DNA of 64,000 nt from Octopus sinensis (Eukaryota), in NCBI RefSeq assembly GCF_006345805.1, contig NC_043021.1, forward strand, positions 18,476,001 through 18,540,000. Reading direction: 5' to 3'. A model generated the notes under the pieces. It ran no database searches. It saw nothing but the letters and a program-made list of their open reading frames with translations, and had not been told where the DNA came from. The translations under genes and the position numbers were made by a program. This document shows positions 54,233-64,000 of the stretch, piece after piece. The first letter of the stretch is position 1, and every line of letters begins with the position of its first letter.

Positions 54233-55410
54233 ATCAAATCAAAACAAATCAAAATAGATGAACATCAATGGAATTTGTATCTCTGTGGTACTAGTGCCAG
54301 TGGCACACAAGAAAACCATCCAAACGTGGTGGTAGCCAGTACCGCATCGACTGGCCTCCGTGCTGTGGGCAAGTAACAAACACCATCCGATCGTGGCCAT
54401 TTGCCAGCCTCATCTGGCACCTGTGTCGGTGGCACATAAAAATACCATCCGAAGATCCGGCAAGACTAGTCAGGTCATAACCCGTGGCCCCTACCTGGGA
54501 CGTAGTCAGTCCACCTGTGCATACCTTCCTTCTTGTGACACTTGTGAAGACCTTTTGAGGCAAGTGAAAATCAAAACAAATCAAAATAGATGAACATCAA
54601 TGGAATTTGTATCTTTGTGGTACCAGTGCCGGTGGCACACAAGAAAACCATCCGAACGTGGCGGTAGCCAGTACCGCATCGACTGGCCTCCGTGCTGTGG
54701 GCAAGTAACAAACAACCATCCATCATCGTGGCCGTTCGCCAGCCTCATCTGGCACCTGTGTCGGTGGGCACAAAAAAACACCATCCGAAGACCCGGCAAG
54801 ACTAGTCAGGCCATAACCCGTGGCCCCTACCTGGGACGTAGTCAGTCCACCTGTGCATACCTTCCTTCTTGTGACACTTGTGAAGACCTGTTGAGGCAAG
54901 TGAAAATCAATCAAAACAAATCAAAATAGATGAACATCAATGGAATTTGTATCTTTATGGTACCAGTGCCGGTGGCACACAAGAAAACCATCAAACGTGG
55001 CCGTAGCCAGTACCACATCGACTGCCTCCGTGCTGGCACCGTAACAAACACCATCCGATCGTGGCCGTTCGCCAGCCTCATCTGCACACTGGCACTGTGT
55101 CGGTGGCACATAAAAACACCATCCGAGCGTGGCCGTCTGCCAGCCTCGTCTGGCACCTGTGTCGGTGGCACATAAAAACACCATCCGAGCGTGGCTGTTC
55201 GCCAGCCTCGTCTGGCACCTGTGTCGGTGGCACATAAAATCACCCCCTACACTCTCGGAGTGGTTGGCGTTAGGAAGGGCATCCAGCTGTAAAACACTGC
55301 AGATCTGACTGGCCTGGTGCAGCCTTCGGCTCCCCAGACCCCAGTTGAACCGTCCAACCCATGCTAGCATGGAAAACGGATGCTAAATGAATGATGATGA
55401 TGAATGATGA
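54233..55410 (+). mobile_element. Composite tandem element (332- and 340-bp units plus a third unit running into a family E 3' end) nested in a SINE A
   Basis: gatgaacatcaatgg recurs at 54257, 54589, 54929; SINE A halves at 54061-54232 and ~55412-55645. Confidence 0.85.
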
Positions 55411-55649
55411 TATGTGTGTTTATTTGTGTGTCTGTGTTTGTCCCCCTAGCATTGCTTGACAACCGATGCTGGTGTGTTTATGTCCCCGTTACTTAGCGGT
55501 TCGGCAAAAGAGACCGATAGAATAAGTACTGGGCTTACAAAAAGAATAAGTCACGGGGTCGAGTTGCTCGATTAAAGGCGGTGCTCCAGCATGGCCGCAG
55601 TTAAATGACTGAAACAAGTAAAAGAGTAAAAGAGAGAAAAAGAGTAATT

Positions 55650-55900
55650 AAAATGCTTGTGATATTTATAGATTCTTGGAAAATGACCTGAGGTTTGTAA
55701 AGTGTTGGTAATTATGAGTCGAAGTATTTTCTAACCCTGGAGAAAATGGCCAGTCTTTGAGACGAACTCCTAGTTATGTTAAGGATGTGCTTTCACCAAG
55801 AGAGATCCTCAGCGAAAAAAATGCCTAATAATGGAGCAGTCATGAGAACCCTAGTTGCCTGCTGCTCTTGTTTATGGTAAAGGTGAGGTGCTATGTTTTC
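55650..55900 (-). mobile_element. Old CR1/L2-type RT fragment
   Basis: LGI...DLSW*KHI...SQRLAIFSRVRKYF...LYKPQ read on the minus strand. Confidence 0.5.
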
Positions 55901-57074
55901 TGAATATGAATAGAGCTGTTTTATAGTGGTGAGCTGGTGGGATTGTTAGCACACAGGGCAAAATGCTCTGCAGTATTTCGTTTGTCTCTACATCCTGAGT
56001 TCGAATTCCACTGAAGTTGACAAGCCCCACTGCCTCTAACCCAATTTGATTAGTGCTTTAGTTTTTAACTGTTGAAATAAGATTGGTTGTGTCCCTATGG
56101 AATTAGTGCAGCTTTGGAATGTATTTCCTAGATTGCACAGGGATATCAGTGGTTGGTGAAGGCTAGAGAAGAATTAAGGGTCATGTCGTTTGGGAAAAGA
56201 GTGAGCGTTGTTGTACCCAAGGGCAAGTAAGTCATTGGAGGAAGAGAAAGGGGTGGGAGTGGGGGAGATAGAACTAAACCCTGCAGTGCACCACAGTCAA
56301 GAACATGTGATAGGGATCCCTCCATTAGTGCCCTTTGTTTTCATGTAATCTGCTTCGGAAGCTATGAAATATAAGAGATGAGGGATGGACGGAACCCCTG
56401 GGTGGGGGACAGTTTTAGTGGGACACGGAGACAGTGGACAGCTTTACTGAGGTTGAGGGAACCTCTGCTATTTTCCCCAAATTTCTCGAGAATAAGAACC
56501 CACTGATGGTTGACTTAGGAGAGTAACTCTGCAGTAAATATGGCTTTATTTAAGCTTGTGGAGGTGCATGGCTTAGTGGTTTGGGTATTCAGCTCATGAT
56601 CATAGGGTCATGAGTTCAATTCCCAGTGATGCATTGTGTCCTTGGGCAAGACACTTTGTTTTCCATTGCTCCAGTCTAATCAGCTGGCAAGAATGGGTCG
56701 TACTTGTTATTCAAAGGGCCAGAATTGTCCCATTCTGTGTCATGCTGAATCTTCCATTAAGGGCATACGTGTCTGTGGGTTACTCAGCCCCTTGCACGTT
56801 AATTTCCATTGATCAGATCAACTGGAAAACTTGTCCTCATAACCGACAGACTGTCCATTTTGAGGGGTGGGGTTCGTATATGTAAGCTGTGTTGGTAGGC
56901 AGAGAATGGAGAAATGGTTAAGAAGTTTGCTCCACAACCACAAAGGTCCAGATTTGATCTTACTGCATGGGATCTTGGGTGAATGTCATTTTGTGTAGCT
57001 TCAAGTCGACCCCTATTTTCTGTGCGTAACTAGGTAAATAGAAACTGTAGAGAATCCCATCATGTAGATTGTAG

Positions 57075-57282
57075 TGGCGAGCTGGCAGAACCGTTAGCAC
57101 GCCAGGCGAAATGTGTAGCCGTATTTCGTCTGCCGTTACGGTCTGAGTTCAAATTCCGCCGAGGTCGACTTTGCCTTTCATCCTTTCGGGGTCAATAAAT
57201 TAAGTACCAGTTACGCACTGCGGTCGATGTCTGTCCTTGTTTGTCCCCTCTATGTTTAGCCCCTTGTGGGTAATAAAGAAAC
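57075..57282 (+). mobile_element. SINE family B with internal deletion
   Basis: Family B sequence; agattgtag on both sides. Older copies at ~178-540, 13480-13665(-), 15530-15730(-), 33466-34375. Confidence 0.85.
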
Positions 57283-57686
57283 AGATTGTAGCTGTAATTC
57301 AAAGAAGAGCTTTGGCACACACATACACTCTCTGTCTCTGTTTTGACAGAGAATTATGTTAAGGGGACATATGTCTGTGGAATACTCAGCCACTTGGCTA
57401 TTAATTTAGGAGCCGGTTAATTCAGTTGAGACCAAGCAACTGAATTCTCAATATCAAACAATGACAATCCATCATCAGGAATGGTCATTAAAGAGAGAGA
57501 GAAGGGGGGTGAAGGTGTGGGAGTGTTGTTATTAACATTTGGGATGTTGGGAACAGGAAATGTGATTGGACAAGAGTTACCCTGGTGTGTGTGGGTGTGG
57601 GGGACTGAGACGGCTGCTGTAGGGGTAGAAGGTGACTAGTGAGAGGCCACAGCAGGGGGATGAGCAGGTGAACAATGGCTGTGTGG

Positions 57687-57861
57687 CTGTGGTTCTCAAC
57701 CTTTTCAATATCCAGGCCATATCCTAAAACTGGAATTTTTTAGGCCCCCCCCACCCCCAAAAAATCCCTTAATTTACTTTATAGAAGGAAGACCATTAGG
57801 GGCCACTGGAAGGATTTTCGAGGGTCGCAGGTGGCACTGGGAGCTGTGGTTGGGAACTGCT
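57687..57861. mobile_element. Degenerate hAT-type MITE
   Basis: ctgtggttctcaacc ... ggttgggaactgcta imperfect TIRs. Confidence 0.5.
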
Positions 57862-58534
57862 ACTGTAGAGTGTTGTTGATTATTAATATGTCAGTGTGGA
57901 GGAGGTGGTGGGGACAGTGGTTGGTGGTGGTGATGGTGGTGGTGGTGGTGGTTATGGATGTGGTGGGTGGTGGTGGTGATGGTTGTAATATTTTTGGTTG
58001 CGATGGTTGCCATATTTTTCACACAGACTCATCACCAAAGACTTGCCACTCGTGACCATCATGTCCCTATTTTCTTTTTAAGGCATTAGTTTGCATTATG
58101 TTACCATGTATTCCCCCCCCCACACACACACACACACTTTTTTTTAAAGATAACAGGTTGTGAATTGAGGGAGACTTAGCTGCTATTTCTAACAGGTTGA
58201 TGTTCTCTTGAGGTGTTCAATATTTAATTGATTCATAGACAATAAAATAATAATTTCTCTCCAGTTACTGACACAGTTATTAAGGGTGGCGGCAGTGGGT
58301 GGTGGTGGTGGTGGTGGTTGGGATGATGTCTGGTGTAGTGTGGTAGTTAGCTTGTGGTGATGGTGATGGTGATGGTGGTCGATGGTAGTCGATGGTGGTG
58401 AATACAGCAATGCCCCAAAACAACCAAAAATACAACAGCAGACAAAAGCAGGGAGCTGTTTCAATCCTGCTGGTGAGAAAGTTGGCAATCGTGGGACTTA
58501 ATTCATCTCTGTCGTCTACCACCACCATCACCAT

Positions 58535-58584
58535 CACCACTGCTGCTGCTGCTGCTGCTACTACTGCTACTACCCCTACTACTT

Positions 58585-58615
<31 letters not shown>

Positions 58616-58790
58616 AACTACTACTACTACAACTACTACTACCACTACTGCTACTACTACCACCACCACCACCACCCCTACTACTACTACTACAGCTACT
58701 GCCACCACCACCACCACCACCCCTACTACTACTACTACTACTACTGCTACTGCTACCACCACCACCCCTACCACCACCACCACCCTACTT

Positions 58791-58835
<45 letters not shown>

Positions 58836-59045
58836 TTGCTCCTGCTGCTGCTGCTGCCCCTACTGCTTCAGCTGCTGCTGCTGTTGTTATTGTTGTTGAT
58901 GCCTCTACTACAACTACTGCTGCTTCTGTTGCTGTGTTGCTACCACCACCGCCACCACCACCACACCACCACCACCATCACCGGTGCTGCTGCTGCTGCC
59001 GTTGCTGCTGCTGCTACTACAACCACTCTTGTTGCTGCTACTGCC
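58535..59045. repeat. Compound trinucleotide microsatellite (CTA/CCA/CTG)n
   Basis: Explains the poly-Thr, poly-Val and poly-Leu ORFs in the track. Confidence 0.9.
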
Positions 59046-59423
59046 ATACAACAACATCAAGCTCTCAACTGAAGGATTTCACCTCGGTCATAGGTTGGTG
59101 CCTGTTGTTCTTGTTCTTGTTCTTGTTGTTGTTGTTGATACTGTTGTTGTTGTTAATGTCATTGTTGTTAATAATGTTGTCGTTACTGTTGCATTGTTGT
59201 TGTTAGTGATGCGAGTGTAAGTGTAAGGGTGTGTGCGTCTGTAAGAGTGTGTGTGTGTGTGTTTTGATATTCATCTGTATATTTCTCTCTCTCTCTCTCT
59301 CTCTGCCTCTTTCACTCAGTGTATATATATATATACACACACATATATATGTATACACACACCACACACACATATATATATATACATACACATATATACA
59401 CACATACATATATATATATGTAT

Positions 59424-59474
<51 letters not shown>

Positions 59475-60052
59475 CACATATACATATATGTATATATATA
59501 TATATATATGTGTATATATATATATGTATATATGTATATATATATATGTATATATGTATATATACACACAAATACATATATATATGTATATATATATGTA
59601 TGTATATATGTATATATATATATGTATATATGTATATATACACACAAATACATATATATATGTATATATATATACATGTATGTGTGTGTGTTTTGTTTTG
59701 TTTCTATTTTGTGACGCTTTCTAATCCCACCTCTCCCTCCCTCTCTCCCTCCCTCTCTCCCTCCCTCCCTCTCTCCCTCCCTCTCTCTCTCTCCTTCCTC
59801 TCTATTTACCTACTTATATTGTTTTTTTTTATATTATTTTTGTTGCTGTGGTAGTTGTTTTTTTTTTTTTGTGTGTGTGTCTCAGTTGTGTTGGGAAATT
59901 GTAATTGGTTACAGAGATGATGCTGGTGATGCTGATGGCTGGAACGGTGATGATGATGATGGTGATGGTGATGGTGATACGTATTCTTGTTATTGTCATT
60001 CTTGTAGCAATAAACAAAGATATTATTATTAATATAGTAGTACTAATATGTT

Positions 60053-60084
<32 letters not shown>

Positions 60085-60092
60085 CCACCACC

Positions 60093-60123
<31 letters not shown>

Positions 60124-60288
60124 CTACCACAACCACCACCATTATTCATCCATTCACTCACCTTTCATCCTTCCGGGTTTGATAAAAAAAAATATCCTCA
60201 GACAAGTACAATTTCTGGCGTTTGTACCTATGTTTCAAATTATTATCTTTGCTTATTATTATTATTATTATTATCATTATTATTATTA

Positions 60289-60326
<38 letters not shown>

Positions 60327-61340
60327 ATCATTATTATTATTAAGACTGTTGTTATTCTCTCAGTTTAATTTTCAAACCCCTGCCACTTCTCTATAAAATT
60401 AATACCAGTAATACGCTTGGAACAATTACTAATTCCTGACCTTGTGTCATTGTAAGAAACTGTCATAATCATTATCATCATCATCATCATTATTTTTATT
60501 ATTATAATTATTATTATTATTATTATTATTATAAATAATATTTGATATTGAAAACTATTATTATTACCAATAATTATTAAGATTTTTAAAAATGCTGTTC
60601 TTGTTGTTGTGGGGTAGGAGTAAAAGTGAAAGTAGAGCGATAGAGAAAATGTTATATCCTAATTACGTTGTGCTATAGCGTGAGTTCAAACGTTACCCAG
60701 GTCTCCAATTATATGTCTCCTCGTTAAGGTTTAACGAAGACAAATACCAGTAACGTTCTTTGATCAATTTAATTGATTCCAAACCCATGGCAAAGACGTG
60801 TGGCCCTGACCTAATGCTTGGAAAATGATAATCATTATCATTGCTGATCAATACAGCTCGAAGTGGAAGGTGAGGGGCAGGGAGGGAAGGTCGATATGTT
60901 AGTTCCTGTAAATTTTATTGGAAGGTGGGTGAAAGTGACCAGGGGAGAAAAGGGTTGGACTTGATTATGGACCTGTGGGTTGTAGGCAGAATTTTGGGAA
61001 CAGGTCCTTGCCCTACATAGACAGGGCTGCCCTTTGTATAGGGTTGGGGGTTAGGGTTCCTTTATTGGCAGGGCAGTGAGATTTATGAAGAGTTCTTTGA
61101 TTATTTGACTATATATATATACGGTGTTGTCTGAGATAAACCCCACCCCCTCCAGCCTTCAAGAGTCGGGATCCTTTGCCGTTTCGTCGGCTCATTATAA
61201 CTGCAGCAACTACCACCAGTACTGCAAAAACTACTACTAGTACTACTACTACTGTTATCATTAATCCACGATACTACTACCATTACATCCATCCTTACAT
61301 GTACAACCACCAATAAGCCGCTAAGAAATCTGCCCCAGTA

Positions 61341-61755
61341 GGTGCAGGAATGGCTGTGTGGTAAGTAGCTTGTTTACCAACCACATGGTTCCGATTTCAG
61401 TCCCACTGCGTGGCACCTTGGGCAAGTGTCTTCTACTATAGCCTCGGGCTGACCAAAGCCTTGTGAGTGGATTTGGTAGACGGAAACTGAAAGAAGCCCG
61501 TCGTATGTATGTATATATATATATATACGTGTGTGTGTGTTTGTGTGTCTGAGTTTGTCCCCCTAGCATTGCTTGACAACCGATGCTGATGTGTTTATGT
61601 CCCCGTTACTTAGCGGTTCGGCAAAAGAAACCGATAGAATAAGTACTGGGTGTACAAAAGAATATGTCCTGGGGTCGAGTTGCTCGATTAAAGGTGGTGC
61701 TCCAGCATGGCCACAGTCAAATGACTGAAACAAGTAAAAGAGTAAAAGAGAGAGT
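61341..61755 (+). mobile_element. SINE family A, full length
   Basis: Same structure. Partial copies also near 1203, 2198(-), 9043, 15375(-), 16020(-), 29630(-). Confidence 0.85.
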
Positions 61756-62234
61756 AAACTTTGTCCGATTCATGCAAACATGAAACAATGATGATGATGA
61801 TGATGATCGTCATCGTCGTCATTTAACGCCCGTTGTCCATGCTGGCATGGATTGGATGGCTTGACCAGAGCTGGCAAGCTGGTTGGGGGCTGCACCAGAC
61901 TCCGGTCTGATTTGGTATGGCTTCTACGGCTGGATGCCCTTCCTAACCCCAACCACTTTACAGAATGTGGTGAGTGCTTTAATGTGGCACTACTCAGGCA
62001 CTTTGATGTGGCACTACACAGGCACTTTTATGTGACACCACATGGGTACTTTGATGTGACACCACACACGCACTTTTACATGGCACCTTCCTAACACCAA
62101 CCACTTTACAGAGTGTGGTGGGTGCTTTAATGTGACACCACACAGGCACTTTTACGTGGCACTGCACGGGCACTTTAATGTGACACCACACAGGCACTTT
62201 TACGTGGAATTGGCATGAGTGCTTTACTCCACCA

Positions 62235-62550
62235 GAAGGATCAGTCTTAACGTTTCTGCTGTGAGGTTAGGGTCTTCTTGAGTACAACCAGGCACTAGGT
62301 ATCTTGCTCCTTCGACATCTCACCTGAAAGGTTAAGCATCCTAAGGTCTCTTTTCAGTACTTCATCCCCTGTCTCCCTGGGTTTCCTATATCTATGCATT
62401 CCATCCACTTTGAGAGATCATCACTTCTTTAAGGAGCTTTTGGCATCCATTTGCACCACATGACCAAACCAGTGCAGTCCTCTTCTCTGTTGCACACAAC
62501 AACCAATTCCTCTTATGCCTAACTTCTCTCTCAGAACACTGCCACTCTGT
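62235..62550 (-). mobile_element. Decayed RTE LINE 3' end
   Basis: Minus-strand QRRGLHWFGHVVQMD...KPR...KRDLRMLNL with stops. Confidence 0.65.
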
Positions 62551-62841
62551 CAAACATTTACGTATATATATATCATCATCATCATCATTTAGCGTCCGCT
62601 TTCCATGCTAGCATGGGTTGGACGGTTCAACTGGGGTCTGGGAGCCAGAGGGCTGCACCAGGCCCAGTCTGATCTGGCAGTGTTTCTACGGCTGGATGCC
62701 CTTCCTAACGTCAACCACTTCGTGAGTGTAGTGGGTGCTTTTTACATGCCACCCGCACAGGTGCCAGACGGGGCTGGCCAACGGCCACGGACGGATGGTG
62801 CTTTTTACGTATATATATATACATATATATATATATATAAC

Positions 62842-62903
<62 letters not shown>

Positions 62904-63174
62904 CATACATATATATATATATACACATATATTATACCATATATATATACATATACATATATATATACATATATATATTATATATATATAATACTACACA
63001 TATATATATACACATATATATATACACATATAATATATCCACATATATATATATAATATATATACATTATATATATACACATATATTATATACACATATA
63101 TATAATACACATATATATATATACACATATATATATATACACATATATATATATACACATAATATTATATATAC

Positions 63175-63221
<47 letters not shown>

Positions 63222-63509
63222 CAATATATATTTATACATATTAATACATATATATATATATATATAATATATATATATATATAAATATTGAAGTATATTT
63301 GCCACCTAAATGTGGCTAACCCTTAAGGGTTGATGCTACTGTAACTTGTAGCCTCAGGGTGACATCTCCTCCAGCTGGCTATTGACACCTATCTGTGCCC
63401 TATCAGTATTTGAAAAGCTACAGTAGCATCAACCCTTAAGGATAAGCCACATTTAGGTGGAAAATTACTTCACGATGTCGTGTGGCTACTGTTTATACCT
63501 CACTCAGAG

Positions 63510-63566
<57 letters not shown>

Positions 63567-63704
63567 TTACGGAGATGTACTTGCATAGCGAGTGACTGAT
63601 CTGAGATTGTGTGCTGGAACAAAAACAATTGCAGCGTGGAAGGTGTTTATAAGCCATTTAGAAACACGCAAAACCGTTAGATTCACTTCAACATATAAAT
63701 TTAA

Positions 63705-63755
63705 TTTGTCAAAATTTTTTCGTCGCTTTCAGACCGCGACCTGTTCACTGACAAA
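63705..63755 (-). ncRNA. Second copy of the G3-C8 hammerhead-like motif
   Basis: uuuguca GUGAACA g gucgc ggucugaaa gcgac GAAA aaauuu ugacaaa: same stems and core, different loop II, one change in the stem III palindrome. Confidence 0.6.
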
Positions 63756-63760
63756 GCTTC

Positions 63761-63811
<51 letters not shown>

Positions 63812-64000
63812 CACCCTCCTATTTATCAGGTCATTAAGAATGAAATGTGCGATTTCCTTATGCACCAAGTTTGACAGTTACTTTTATCCTGATAATTCTT
63901 TGTTTTACAATATTGAAGAGTTACATCATCACTTTCCAAAATGCAATTTATGGTGTCTGATTATATTGTGAGTTTTCTCTTGTAAATCAATTTTTGTGAA

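Noticed and set aside
54880-54915. CUGUUGAGGCAAGUGAAA resembling a hammerhead core in the tandem unit
   Set aside because: A6 is U, stem II cannot form, there is no stem III/UH or stem I, and the first unit reads CUUUUGA.

Overview
AT-rich eukaryotic genomic DNA, dense in microsatellites and repeats. The SINE families point to an octopus (coleoid cephalopod) genome; this is inference. The only host gene I can support is the 3' end of an INPP5K/INPP5J-like inositol polyphosphate 5-phosphatase on the + strand: three coding exons (14751-14885, 17667-17852, 26373-26384) that splice in frame into a C-terminal SKICH domain. Nearly all ORFs in the supplied track are artefacts of (TA)n/(CA)n/(CAT)n repeats or decayed transposons. 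The rest is a patchwork of tRNA-headed SINE families, RTE and CR1-like LINE fragments, two decayed Tc1/mariner elements (one with DD36E spacing), hAT/piggyBac/mariner/Tigger-type MITEs, a Helitron-like fragment and minisatellites. The most interesting signal is a set of minimal type I hammerhead ribozyme motifs of the Penelope-like-element kind, mostly in fold-back repeats inserted into (TA)n tracts. One has a fully canonical core (43415-43507, -). Two copies carry a compensatory G3-C8 swap of the conserved C3-G8 pair (50997-51046 and 63705-63755, -). One U4C variant lies sense in the last intron of the host gene (22823-22867), and there are several relics. Also notable: an RTE LINE with twin-priming geometry and a TSD, and a 266-bp spacerless palindrome. 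All structures were folded by eye and no databases were searched.
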